A DNA stretch of 64,000 bases from Trichoplax sp. H2. Its lineage: Eukaryota. Below the pieces are notes generated by a model that saw only the letters and a program-made list of their open reading frames with translations, did not search any database and was not told where the DNA came from. The stretch lies in the NCBI GenBank assembly GCA_003344405.1, contig NOWV01000029.1, positions 124,001-188,000 of the forward strand, in the 5' to 3' direction. The translations under genes and the position numbers were made by a program. This document shows positions 12,090 through 27,300 of the stretch, piece by piece. Every line of letters starts with the position of its first letter. Position 1 is the stretch's first letter.

Positions 12090-13151
12090 CACTTGATGAT
12101 TGGCAATAGCCAAATGACTGAATGACTCTACTTTGCCTACAGTATGCTGCCTAGGCCTGCGACTTTGAAATTAAATTATTCTATTAGAATAATAATATTT
12201 ATTATGAAAGCATACCCTACCATACCATACCTTACTGTCAGCATGTAGCGTTGATCAACATGACGCAAAGCAAACAAATAATAGTGATTTTATGTCCTTG
12301 TGTAATATTGCATAGTTCAAGGAATTTCTTGCTTGTTGACTTGGTGTATGGGTTGGGGTTATGAACATGCTGTGCACTGTCTGATTACCGACAGTAACGC
12401 CATGATTCCACTGACTGATACCAGGGACTACGAAGGAGAAAACGATACCGTACTCTACACTACTGTACTCTACTTGGTGGGTATGGAATGGTGGACGAGT
12501 ACTGTACGATAGACCGTAGTACTGTATTGTGCACTGTACTCTACTGTACTGTACTGAACATGCGGTGGCATCATCACTGTTAAGTAGCGGAGATCGAGAT
12601 GATTGGCCTTATTAATTAATTATTAGCTGAAGACATAAATAATCCTTCTCGATGGCCTATCATGGAGATTGAGCAGTTGCTAATTAGGCGATGTTGAATT
12701 CTGAAGTTATTACGACTACAACGGACAGCAAAGTTGCTACTTGAAGCTTTTTGACATTCAATACAGTACTACTTGATCTTTTATCGATCGTAAGGCATTG
12801 TTCGCAAATTGAAACTTTCATCGTGCTAGCGATACAGTCATAATCCATTAATCGGTATGTGCATATTGTATGCATGCGTTAACAGTTTACAAATATCCCA
12901 ATCAAGATTGATATACTTGCTAGCGATCTACATCCTCATTTATGTCATATCTTAACAGCTGTTCAGTGTTCACCTTGAAAATCCAATCTTAATATGTACT
13001 ATAGGAGCTCATTGTGAAACTTTTGTATTGATTAGCTCTACCGTAAGCTCTAATAATTTTCATTTTCTATCGCAATATTGCAGTCCTTCCCTTTGGATAC
13101 TTATTCTAATCAGTGGTGTACCATCTGGATATAGTACACTTCGTACTATCA

Positions 13152-16100
13152 ATGGAAGAATTGCAAAGTGTCAACGATCATAACGAGTTAGCGCAGGTTA
13201 GTATCTTTGTACTATGAAATTTCTCTTTTACTTCTTGCTTGCTAGCTAGGTCGAACAATCTGGACATTATTTTACGATGATGTTATCGCTGGCTATATTG
13301 TTGTTACTTTATAAGGGGTAGTGGCATAATCTTGTGGAAAATGTCTGATATCGCCATTGTCCTGCTTGGTTTCCAAGTTGATTAGAAACTCGACGATAAT
13401 ATAGGATACAGTAAAGCGTCAATTCCATACAACGTAGACATGAAGTTAATTATTTATTATGCACTTACACACAACTATCATAATGACAAAAATTTGTAGT
13501 TAAATTAGTATTCGCCTTAGTACCCTTTCCTATCCATTGCAAATTGCAGTGGTGCTGTAGTAGGTAGCAACTGATTAGCCCCAAAAAATGCGATTAACTT
13601 TATAGTATTGCGTTGCATTGCTTACTACTATTAAATTGCATGATCATTGGTTGAGCTTAGTCATACGTTACAACAAGGGTTCTACATTGGACGAAGCTTA
13701 ACGGGGCTGAATGATGTGTTTTTAGTGACATAGACTTATTATTAATACCAGAGATATTCCAGTAGAGGAAATGCCTGCTATCATGCTGATTTGCTGAATC
13801 CTGTCCCTGCATGCAACACGACTTGGTATTACAGTAATTTACAACGGATGTTTCACTCAGTAGGGAACTAGTATAGAGGAGGAACTTTCTTCAATCTGCC
13901 ATTTTAGTACAGCCGGTATGTGCCAAAAATACGACATTAAAATACAACGCTGTCTATCTCGATAGATTGAAGGTTACAGTCTCGTAGAAAGTTATGGTCG
14001 TGTATTCGTAATTAATTAGGAGATAATGTTTACTCCCTGTGTATACGTTCAAAGTATGGCTATAAATGTAATTGATAGACTGTTCTTTCAACGATTTTTC
14101 CAAAAATTGTGTAACATGTACTGTACGTATAATTCACACACACTGTAGTATTGTATGATTTATGATTTTAGACAAAATTTTAATATTATTTACAACGAAC
14201 AGATTTTATTTTGCTTGATTACGTGTATGACTTTGTACAATTGTGTTCATGTTAAGTATCACGTACTATACTGTACAGTAACTGATTAATTAGACAGTTT
14301 TTACTTTGATCATGGGTCAGTATATCAGCATATTGACCGTGAACAATAATAGTACAGTCTGTTTACCAAGCGATTTTGTGCAGTATGCTAAACATGTACT
14401 GACTGTACTCTACTGTATTTATCAGAAAATAATAATAATAATATGCATCTTTATAATTTGCTATTGGCACCCCCTGTACAGTATGGTATGATATTTGATA
14501 TTGAAGGATCGTTGAAAGTGAGTCATGCGTTGTAGCGGCCGTTCACTGTGTCTACTTACGGTTTAGGTGTTGCCACTTATTGTTACTGTAATGTTTAGTT
14601 GCTACTTTTTATCACTTAATAACACAACATAGTATACTCAAAAGCCTACCTTGCCCTGCATGGCCATACTACGATACACATGTGGCTGTACCTTCAGAAC
14701 TAACATATCCAATAGTAACTGTCTTATTTATGCTCTTTAGTGACTTACATGCAGTGTGTACATTACCGTAGACTCACGATACAGCTATTAAGTTGCGATC
14801 AGCCGTGTCGTGAACCTAATCATGTGTTAAAAAAAATAATTTGTTAGTAAATCCCTATTAAATGTATAATAATCCTGATGGATGTGTTTGATAACACGTT
14901 GGCACTAGCATTACTTTAAAGTTATTGCGGCAATAGATAAAAACGTTATTAAGTCAGACATCATTATAAGGTTTTTATTAATGTTAAGTATATATTATAC
15001 ACCGATTAGAAAGAAGAATTAGAGGCTTTAGCATCAATTTATGGCGATGATTGGTCAGTTATTGATGGGACATCAAGAATTTACGTCATTCGTTTGCAGA
15101 AGGATTACTTGGATTCGGTCGTATCCATTGAATTAAAGGTAGATTACCTTTTAGTTAACAACGTTGCTTAAATTTTTAAACATAGGATAAGTTAATACGT
15201 CTATGTATTTATGCACTGCTGATAAAAGTACCATTTACGAACTTCAATTATAAAATATTAAATCTGTACGCAGTGGATAGTGTAATAGAAGATATGTACT
15301 GCACGCTATTCACGAGTGTTTTACGCATTTACACCTAATTTGAGCGTTAAAGCGAAATTTCAATACTGTAAATATTGTGTCGAGTATGTTCTGAAAAATT
15401 AAATGATATAAAGTATTACTTTACCTTCTGCGTAGAATTACCGGAGCAAATATTTATAAATGTTCTTGCTTATTATTTAAATCAGAGTCAGAATAATTGA
15501 TTGGAGTAGAATTTGCATAAATGATTTAAAGTGCTTGAATGTTTTCTATATCTTCAAATTGGTTGAGTGTGCCTTAATCCTCGACATAAATATTAGATGT
15601 AGATGTAACTCTGATTGGGTATGTACTGATATATTCGTAGGTTCTACTCCCTGTAACCTATCCTACTGATAATGCACCGGAATACGAATTAACGTAATAA
15701 TAAGTTACCTTTTGGATAAATGGTTACGTTGGTCTTTGATTATAAAATTGACTTTTTTCATCCATTAAAATTCTACCTAGGGCTAATTTCTTTAGTGAAG
15801 AAGAACATACCGAAATGTGTCATGCTCTTGATACGATTTATAAGTAAGTCGAATAACTTTGGTCAGTTGAAATGTTAATGTTTGAGATGTTACAACTGAC
15901 CTTTGACAGCAATTTTGAAAAGAACTTTTAATTTGATTTTACTTTCGAGAATAATTGGCCAGTGATATTGGTTTTTACTGTTGTTTCTTTAGCTTCTTTA
16001 TGAATCTTTACTATTAAATAAATAGCTTATATGAATATAGTTTCACTAAACCACAATACTTATTGCCTATTAGCGTTCTTATTCACTTACTCGTTATAGC

Positions 16101-17450
16101 GTTAATGGATTTTGCATATGTAATGTTTTCTGATTACGTATGTAACAGTGATAGTGGCGGTGAAGTTATTCTGTTCCAGTGGGTAGAAAAACTTCGTGAG
16201 TGTTTAGCTTGGAAGATTGAAAAAGAAAATTCTATCATTCAGCGTAGAAATTATGTAGCGAGCGGTAGCAACAGTATTGATGTATGTAACAATGTAATTT
16301 GATTTCAATACACTGTTAGATTGAATAATTTTGAGTATAATTAGTTGATACCCGCACTTAAAATAGAATTATTGCGGCAATTTTTAGATTAGTACGGTAT
16401 ATCAATCGTCCGGTTCAGACAATGAAATAGAATCCAAATTGGACGAAACAGATAACGCTGTAAATAGCGCACCTAGTACCAGTGCAATTATTAGCAAAGA
16501 AGGTAGAAATAACTAAAAATTTCGTCTACTGCAAAATATTTAGTCTATGTAATATTTTTAAACCTAACCTATTGCAGAAAACCCAGAGATTATCCATGGC
16601 GAACCTATCGTAGATCGCAAGAGTGTATTTCAGGCTCATTTAGCAGTAGTAAAATGTGTTTCTGAGGTAAGTTGACAGATATAATCGTATTTATTATTAA
16701 CGTATGGTCTCCTCTATTTATTTTACGGCGTTACTAATGAGATCAATTGCCAAAAAACTACTAGGTGGCCCGCATGAAAGATTCCCTTATGGAAAAGCGT
16801 AAAATTGCGCACGCATCTCATAATGTACTAGCATACAGGTGCAGAAATTGATCCGTTATTCCTGACATTCATTGCAATTTTAAAAGTTTAACTTTATCGT
16901 GGCAATATTTATCATAGAATTATTAATGAGGAACATGGGACGTATATACAGGATTGTGATGATGATGGAGAAAAAGCCGCTGGATCTAGATTACTACATT
17001 TATTAGAGGTAATTATTTTTTAGCCATCATTTTATTAACAAATATAAATCTTATTTCTACTTCGTAATATATTAACTATATCCTATGTTCTAATGTAGAT
17101 ACTTAATATTGAAAATGTGGCGGTAATCGTCAGTCGATGGTAAATTTGAATTATATTCTTTAACTATGCTTCCATAGGGGTGTTCAATGTATAATCACAT
17201 TATGTTCATAGGTATGGTGGAGTATTGCTAGGTGCTGATAGGTTTAAACATTATAATAATTGTGCTCGCGCTTTAATTTACCAAGCAGGACTCCCAAAGG
17301 TTACTATTTAACACGAAGCTATAGTAATTTTAAACATAAATTGTCCATAACTGCTTTCTTATTCTATTTCAGGTTGATAAACATCGTAATCGTATTGCAG
17401 GAAGACACGAAATATCTTCTAAGTGTCCTCTACGAGCAGTGACACCTTGA
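13152..17450 (+). CDS. IMPACT: Protein IMPACT (RWD domain + UPF0029/ancient domain), GCN1/GCN2 regulator; multi-exon
   Basis: Exons give MEELQ..AQ | KEELEALASIYGDDW | VLLPVTYPTDNAPEYEL | GEVILFQWVEKLRE | IIHGEPIVDRKSVFQAH | KIAHASHNVLAYR | QDCDDDGEKAAGSRLLHLL | VAVIVSRW | YGGVLLGADRFKH. First exon (13152-13196) and last exon (17373-17450) are less certain. Confidence 0.93.
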
Positions 17451-20400
17451 TACAGAGCAGTAATAAAAACTTAAATAAGATAAGAGAGAAATTATTTAAC
17501 TTGACACTTGCCACATTAATTACTGCTTCTAAACTACCAGTTATGAAGACTGCAAAATTACTGACATATCGTCGGTTTTATTCAAGGTGGTCTGTATCAA
17601 GCTGTTATCATTTGTGTGTGAATATAGTTATCTAAATTTTGGCAATACACGAAACTTATTAACTATGATAGCAGAATCTAACAAATTTTTAATTATGCAA
17701 AATAACATAATCTTTACATCTGTGCGATGATATATTCTTGGCTAAAATATCAGAAGATTCTAGTTCTCTGAATAGTACTGCTATCTGTGCAGGTTACTTA
17801 ATAATGCTAGACATAACTATATCTTCATTTTTTCTCTGAAATGTGCAATTTTACTCATGATCACTAAAATCAGTGTTGCTGAGCTATTATTACTTTACGA
17901 TGCAATCTCGTTAATATTTGCTGTATTAGAAGAAAGAGGCTGGAAGTGACCTGATAATCTTCTGAATGATATGCATTTTCTGCTATTTATTGTTGTGTCT
18001 ATTGTTTACTCAAATTTCCAAAGTTAAGTAGCTGAAGTAGTAACGCTGTTATTAAGCTTTTTGCTATTATTATTTTGATGTATGCTGTTGGTATACTAAC
18101 ATGAACACGAAAGATAGAATCTGATAGTCTTTACTTATAGCGAGCATATATTTGCGTGCTTGTATTGATGTATATATATATATACATATATATATATATG
18201 AACTACTATATATACAGCCTGATAGAAAAAGCAACGACTTTAATGGTTCGATGGCGACCTACTCGGTATGATGACTGTAAATCAATACCGTGGACAAGTA
18301 TCGTTATATAATTCCAAGATTCAAATGCAGCAATGTCAGAAACTGAGACTATGACAAGCTTTTTTCTGATTCATAAAACGTAATTTATATTTAAATATAA
18401 ATTCATCAATCCTATTCTCTATATAGTCTCTCCTGTTATGCTGTTGAGGCAATTTAAAATATATTATTCCTATGTGCATCTAGTTATTTGTATAATCTAT
18501 TCTATTCAAATCGAGCAGCATTTTTGTATTGATAAGAAACCAGAATTATTACAATTGTTTCAAATGTTTCAGCTATTAGGCAAGAATGATTTATATGTAG
18601 CTTTTCTTGAATTATGTCGTAACGTTGTATTTGTAGATAGCGGCACATATGTGCTAAATTACATGAAATGTAACCATTCAGTCGAAGCTATAAAATTTAT
18701 TGACGTCTATAAAACCTCTTTTAGTAATCAAATGATCATTATTTGAATTGTATGTTTGTATATATTTATGCGTATAATACATTTATACCATATTTAAATG
18801 TGTTTTTTTTAGTTCAACTACCAACGTCGGTAGTTTATGAAAATTTTATCTGATGCAAGTATCGAGATAAACGTACGCATACTGTACGTAATGTTACCTA
18901 TTAATCCTAGGGATAGTTTTAAACAGCATGGACTATAGCATTCTGCGCAGTGAGAATACGTCGTTACTGTTTACTTGGATACTGTAGAATCTTGATCAAA
19001 GTAATTGATCAGGATATGAAATTCTTCACGATATGTGATATAAAACAGTAAAATATAAAGTAGTAATTCATGTCAACGTACGAATTTATTAATACTCGCA
19101 TCCTGGTAATGTCTAGTAAATGATTCTTCAGGTATAAGTGACCTTAATAATAAGAATCATATTATATTGTAAGACACGACCGTTGGTTAATATTTACGTT
19201 GTATAAATGAAAGCCTAATATGTTTAATTGAAGAGATGCAACTGCATATATATAATATATACATACGTACATTATACAACAGAACTGATTTAAAATGTTT
19301 TTAATACTTACAAAGCGCCTTATTTAATATACGTACATTGTACAACAAAACTGATAATGTAAAATGTTTTTAACACTTGCAAAATGACTTATTTAATGTA
19401 CTCAGGATAGAAACGTGTAACGTATTAAAGAAAAGGAATAGACTGTACTTGGTAAGCTCAGATCAAATCTGGAAGAACGGACATTGTCACAAATGAAAAT
19501 AAAAATTAAAATAACCATCTTGATATTTTGCATAAAGTTTTTGAATTTACAATAACTAGTACGGATGTAGCTTAATGTCATAAAAGTAATGGTAACCAAT
19601 AGGTGACTTACATAAAAGTTGACTTATACAATACATACTTATCTCTTACTAATCTGCTAACTTCGTGCAAAACTAAAAGTGGTGTAACGTTAAAATACGG
19701 TAGAAAGGAATGGAGAATTTAACAAGGCTCGGTAGAATAGATTCTTAACGAAAACGAAAGCGACGAGAAGAAAAAACATCAGAAAGGTCCAAGCGGCGCG
19801 AAATATACGGGTAAATGCATATACAGCACAGTATTTCATGTTTTTATTTGCTATACCAGGGTATTTATACGCACAAAAAATGACGTATTGAATTTTTCGA
19901 TGTAATATTGTTAAACCAATTGTGTCTTCGCACCATAAATGAAATTATAGTATAGAACGTTGGAATTAAGCTATTGCAAGACGCGAGTTATCGGTTATTC
20001 AATATTGATCGGTAATGCGTATAACACATTGTACTGTACAATTGGTATAAATGGGAATGAAGGAATTTCATATTGTACTTAGGTATACAATATTCCGAAA
20101 ATATGTAATACGATATTTTAAATTTTATATAATATATTCATTCTATGAATGACAAGGGACGGAAAGGAAATTGTTGTAGTCTAATAAATTAGAAGCACAA
20201 TTAAAATGTTTTAGTTTCTGATTGTTTGATTAGTATTACTAAGCTAGAATAGTAGCAAAATATGTCGTATTTGGAAATATATAGTGAATTATATTTCAGC
20301 TTTTAATTCCAGGTGACCTTGGCGGTTACTTCTTTAAATATGGAAATGTGAATCATGATTCCATAAAACTGCAAGTGTTTAAATAAGTAAAGTTATGCAA

Positions 20401-21303
20401 AATATTAACTGATGGCTTCTGAACCCCCGTAATGGGCACAATAAACAAAATAGATTTGCCATTACTGTATATGCAACTTTCCAGCGCTTCTATCTATTGC
20501 TTAAGTAACATTATAACTTTTATGAATTAAGATAATTGGCTGTAACTTTTCTTGAATCTCCTTCATTCACTCACAATTAAGCTATGGAAGACATACGTGC
20601 AATGAAATGATCTGTATTGTTTTTGCTACGTACTTCAATTTTGGTCATTACAAAGCAGCATAACTAAATTTGCAATAGCTTCAAGACCATCATACTCTTA
20701 AAATTATGCTTCATTTACCATTAAAATATTATAATCGGAGACTACGAGACTGAAGCTTTATTAGTAGTTTTTAATATGGCTTTGGATAAGTAATAATGAC
20801 ATTGTGCTGATCATCGCTTGCTAGCTTAATCTTTGCAGAACTGAATCAGTATTACTGATAGAAGTGTTCCGCTTTTCATTACAAACGTTAAGAGAATCCA
20901 TTTTGTTTATTATATAATACATTAATCCTCCACAAATACATTGCAACGCTCTAGGTATTGTTCTTGTGGTTAGGCGTGCATCATACTCAACTAGTGCACA
21001 TTCTGTACAGTATATTTTTGATACGTTTACATCTATTTTATAGGTACTTCTAGAAGTACACAATTTCATGTTTACGTGTGGTCTTCGAAACAACTTAAAA
21101 TAATAATGACTGTTACGAATGATCGAATTCTTTTTCTATCACATCATACTGGAATTTTACCAAAGTAATTTCTGGCTTTCATGAAGCTAAAATCAGTAAC
21201 TATAATAGACAACTGTACTAGTAATGTTAGAAATAATAAAAAGTCTCCTATCTGAATTAATCCTGTTGATTCATAGTGTTACTTATTTTATAAATATTTG
21301 AAT

Positions 21304-24300
21304 TCATCTTCGGTTAAATTGCATACTTAGGAATGATAACTGAACTTGTTTCTCCAAGGTGGCTAGTTCAGAAACTGTTGACGCTAATTGTTCAAAATGT
21401 CCCTTGTTTTCACCTTACAGAATTGAAAAATATTTGTACAACATTAAACCACTGGCAATCATGATGATCAAAAATGTAAGTGACTCAGGAGGAAAGTTTG
21501 TGTTGAGTGACTGGTTAAACAAATTGCATTTAATTTGATAAATACAAAAAGAACGACAGTTATTTACCGGTCTCAGATTTTTTCCCTCCATAGACAATTT
21601 TTTCGCCAGATACAGTCTTTTCTACCACAAAATCGCTATTGACAGTTGCAACCTTGGTGTTCAAATGATTTTCAACGTTCTTCAGAAGCTAACAGATTAT
21701 GAAGTATTTTGAAGAAACGAATTTCAATTGAGGCTTTCACACACATGTTAAGATTGATTTATAAAGTAAAAATATATATTAAACTGTTTTCGAATTTTAC
21801 CTGTACTTCATCGTACCAAATAGTACATCCGCCATTTTCCTTGAGTTTGGTATTATGACACTTTTTACCTCGACTAGGACAGGTGTGATACCAAACCTAG
21901 TATTTGGTATAGGATGTGATTAAGAATATTTCGAGTAGTTTAAGGTTATAAAATCCATGGGAAAGCTAAAAATTTTTGAAATTACCTTTTCAGGAACTGT
22001 TGATATTAAGGAAATTGCTAATCCCATTCTGCAAGATGGACATAAATACGCGTATATATGATATACGGTTGCAGATGATTACTTATAGCGTAACATAAGG
22101 TCGTTGGCTCATTTCTTACAATTCATAGTCTGTCGTTACCTGTCAGCTCGACCAACTCTGCCAATGCGGTGAATGTAATTTTCCTTTTCATCCGGTAGCG
22201 TTACGTTTACCACTATACAATAAATTATGGGCTAATTAAAGAATCATTTCAAGTAATTTCATGTCAAGAAGTTAAATTAAAACTATTCTTAAGTATTTAA
22301 AGCTTCACCATAAGGAATTCCAGTGATATCTAGACCTCTTGCAGCTACGTCGGTACATATAAGGAATCTTATTTGCCCACACTAAAATTTTTAGAGTTGT
22401 AGATAAACTTAGAGTCCTATTTCTCAATTTTGTCATTTGTAAGTAAGTGTGGGATTTACTCTAACTACTCATGGTGTGTGATGATGTTATCGTGTTAAAG
22501 TGAAATGGCTATACAATAGTTTGAAATTAAAGCATAAAGCTTCTAAAACTATGAAGACATAGGGCTTGATTAGCAAATAACCTTAAAGCTGGATAGGTTC
22601 TGTTGTCGTTCTGCTCTATTTCTATCGCTGTGAAGGCATACGCATGATAGCTGATTCACCATTGCACGTGGACCTATAACGTACAGTGACTTAAGTAATT
22701 AATAGACTATTCGCAGTTGTAGATTCATATGCATACAATACATTGGCTAAGATGTTACTTAAATTACCTCCGCCTAACTCGATTAAATGTTTCTCAATAT
22801 TATCACAATCTAGTTTAGTTCTGCAAAAAATTATTGCTTGTTCCATATTCAACGCATTTATTGCCTTAACTAGGTAGTGCACTTTCAAAGTTTTAATGGC
22901 TTCAGATAGAGTTTCTGTTCAGCATTTTCATGAAATTTAGTTAAGATCATACTGCAAACACAATAAGGTAAAAGAAATGATGAATCATTTATTTCCGTCA
23001 TCACCTGGAGTAGCAGAGGTTGATTTAATGAGATCGTTTGCATGTACTTTGTCGGTCTAGATATGGATTTAAAGATGGCAATAATTCAAATCAAAATTTC
23101 ATCTTGTCAGCTAGTATTCAACATTTAACAGAAGACGTTTAAGCTAATTAGGCGTACTGTAATGTCTCTTCTTAGGTTAAGCCATCCCTTATCTTTCGTT
23201 GGGTCAATCATACAAACCTAATTATTGAGAATATAAAGATAATTACTGATAATCTTATCTAAATTTCAATCATGGAGTTACACTTGTTACGATATTGCGG
23301 AAATCATAATACTCCATTGTGATTAATACTGCATGGCATTATAAATTATATACCACATGATGTACGGTATCGGGCACACTGTCCTTTCCCTTCAGATCGA
23401 TCCACGTAGGATATTTCATTATTTTATCCTAAATATAGGCGTATAAGACGCCATTAAAGCTTATCAGGACAAATGATGGTATATTTAGAGCTTACAGCGA
23501 GCTGCTTCACGGCTTCATTATGTAGGGTGGCGGAGCATACAATTATCTACATTAGTGATACATTAATAGTGAAGGAATCGATTGCACAATCGTTTATTAA
23601 AATATTACGGTTCATTTAGCTACTTGTTAGTAGTAAATAAGGTATGGTATTTCCGGAAACAAACCTGTAGACGTTTACCATCGGTAGATACTTTTGGTAA
23701 TTTATTATAAATTTGACATATCAGTTCGGAATGCCCTTGAGCTAATAGCCCGTCCTTTATGAACAAGTTTTAAGATAATAAAATAACTTTCCGTAGCTAA
23801 AGTTATGATAAAATTTAAAGGTAAATCGCATCAAATAATTTTAGAGTTAAACTCACAACTTCGTCCAAGATGTAAAATCGAACCTAGATTAGAGTGAGAG
23901 TATGTCATAATTATAATTAAAGCAGAGTAGTGAAATTAAGTTTAATTTTATATAATTTGTTACTTCTATATAACATTTAGCAAATATTAGATCAGTAAGT
24001 TAAATGTGACTATAATCATAAGAAGCAGATTGCATAGGGGTCGGATAAATAAGTACCTGAGATAAATCAAGCTTTTTTGATGATATGAAATCATCTAGGC
24101 GTCCTGGTGTACCGACTACCATCTCGACCTATGGTAATTAATGCCAAAAATCTTACAAGCTGATATTAGTATATACAATGTATGTGTTACTATATCAAGC
24201 ACAGGAAATTACAATATTCATGTGCTTTTAAGCATACCCCTTCTCGTAAGAGATTTACTTGTTGTTTAGGATTTTCTCCACCAACTAGCAGAACCTCTCT

Positions 24301-27300
24301 TTAATAGCCCATGGAAGAAATTGAGATATGATCTATTGAATAATTTAAAACTTTTTTCGATATTCTTTAAAATTTATACTTACCTAATTGCTGGAGATGC
24401 TAGGTGTTCTTTAAAGAGGGATATTTGATCACATGTCTATTTATAAATCATGAAATAAAAAAATAAAAAATAGACTTTTTTAACAACTACATAATACGCA
24501 TGGGACGAATCTAACAGCATTGAGCTTTTTAGGCGTACAATAAACATAGCTTAGTAATCAGTACCTGTTGTGCTAGTTCTCGAGATGGCTAAGTTAGAGA
24601 AAAAATTGGAGTAAACTAATAATATAAATTTTTTTATTGCCAGCGAATGTTGGCATCACTTTTACAAGCATCATTTTAATTTCAATTACTTCTATAATCA
24701 AGGCTGTAGGTGCTGAATGTGTAGGTCTTCGCGATTCTTTACTTGAAGAGTTTGGACCTATCAAATAAGGTGTACGCGTACATTGAAAGCATAATATTAA
24801 TTTATTCATATCGTTTTCAAGTGCACTTGGTGTGATTACCATGTTTTAAGTTTCTAAATAATGTCTACCTACCTTTGATATTATGGTAGCGTTCATCAGT
24901 GGTACTCTTTGATAAGGTCCTGAATCCTTGCTGCGTATATTATGATATATGTCAATATTAGTTACGTGCAACCTAGTGTTAAGTTTCGTCTAATTTGATT
25001 CACTTAAGCGTCTCGATATTTAGAATTGATTTAATAGAATACATAACATGATTTATATTTCACAATAGCTGGTAGTATGGATTCAAAGAATACCTTACTA
25101 TTTTAAATTAAATTACGTGGCAATTATAAAAATGCGCATCAATGGAATATGAATACGATATACTCGTATATATATACTGTATGTATTCACAAAGGATTAT
25201 AATACCATGGATAGTCGTAAGGTAAAGTATACTCATTAATTATTAGTGGAACTTTATCATCGGATTTGCAATTTGCTTACCGGCGGTGAAAATGTAAACG
25301 CGTCATCACCAAAATTAAATTGCATTTCTGCATTCTACAGATTCCATCATAAGATAGATATTGTTGTTAACGGGTATCCAATTCAAGGTATTGCTCATGT
25401 AATAATATATATTTTAGCAGGCATTAATTAGCATAGATATCAAAAGCTTTCAGTACTTTTAAGACTACTGCCGCAAAGAATGGAGAGTTTCTAAGCTTTT
25501 GAGGTATTTCAAATGCGCGACCAAAATCGACTCCTAGAAAAAGTTCAAAAATTAATTTGAATCATTAAAATTTTTACTTTTTTGGGAAATTATTTAGTAC
25601 ATGAATCCTGTAAATGGTGATATTACCGTTCTTGCTGAAACGAATTTCATAATTATCAAGGTCCAGCATACACCCTATCACATCTTTGTGTCCGAATGGC
25701 TGAAATTAAGATAGCATTTTCTTCACATGTATGTTATCGAGAAGTATTATCCAGTTACCAGTATCATTATTACAATATAAATGTTATTAAAATTACCCAC
25801 CTCACCATAGCCATCGAATTGTCTGGCATAGGATTTTTTCCCGGTTCCCCCAAAACCAAAACCATTATTATCTGTACCTAGATTTTTATAGTAAACATAA
25901 TCTACTGTCCGTTCTCAAGAAAGATAAGGAAAGGTTGAAAGGTTGAGTTATACCTAAATCTAGGGAAGCTATATCAGTTGACCATCCCACACGACACAGG
26001 CCTTCATCGGTTACTGTAGCTTCGTAATAAAATTTTCCTATACAAGATAAGAATCATTAAAGTTTAAAATATCTTTTCTGATGTCATGTATTGCTATACT
26101 TTATTGTGATAGTATCTCTATGTGACTGCTTCGCTACTTTCGTTATTTTTAAACCTTTAACTACGCCAATATTTGATCTGCAGCCTAGCCATTGAAAGTG
26201 CTCTCTGCCTTGGCATATTAAGCCATCTTTATCAATTGCTGAATAGTTTATAACAAATATACGTCAATGTAATACCTATAAGTGTAATACTAGCAGTTAT
26301 AGGATTAACATACCAAGCTGATCGCTTCTATCAAAGGGGTTTAATTTAACTTTGGTATCTGTATTGTCAAATATAATATCTTAAGGTCAATACAATCAGA
26401 AAGCAGTGTAATCATACCGATGTTTATAGATAAAAGAGATTGTACCAACTATCAAGGAAATGGATTAGTTAATTTTCTACTATTAGATTACGATATATCT
26501 GTAGCTTTTACATGAAAATAACCAAAACAGCTTAAACTAACCGATGGAAGGTTTTGCTGAAGACTTTAATGGTTTACCCTTGACAGTTTCTGTCAATGCT
26601 TCATGCACAATTTGAATAACAGGAAGGCAAAAGGCCTGTAAAGAGGACATACTGGTATTATTTGTATGTTTTTTCTTCTCGTACGTAATCTGACGAGTAC
26701 GGCTTCGGCATATGACTTTTACAGTTGTAAGCATTTATCTATATACATATATACTACATACAAGTATATGTCAAGTTTTAAACTTACCCCGGTTTTTCCA
26801 CTGCCGGTTTCTGCAGCCTAACAATATTTAAAATTAAAAAAGGATTGGAATAGATTCTAAGAAGAATGCTTACTGCTACACTATCATTTCGTTTCAAAGA
26901 GTAAGATTTAAATTTTATTAATTACATATATAATAACGAAAAGATGAGTAATAATCTATTATTAACTGTAATTAGTTCATGTACAGTAGAATGAACGTGT
27001 ACTTCTTTGATACATGATCAAATAATTTGGAAACAAGTTCTAGATCAATAGTATCGAAATTTGAATGATTGATTGTTATAGGAATATTATCAAGTAATAG
27101 TGGTATAACGTACGTAACTAGTAGCACTAATAGCAGAGTTTCTTAGATAGGGCTCAACTAATACAAATATTGATCATTCCTATTTTATAAATCTTACAAT
27201 CATTCTGTCTTAAATGCGTATATTATATTATAGATTTCTTAATGCAAGATTATAATTTCATTTTACTACCGAAAATAGATTTTAAGGCTTTAGCCAGAAT

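Noticed and set aside
13197..15009. Possible intronic snoRNA, tRNA or other RNA genes in long first introns
   Set aside because: No convincing C/D, H/ACA or cloverleaf structure seen by eye; a covariance-model search would be needed.
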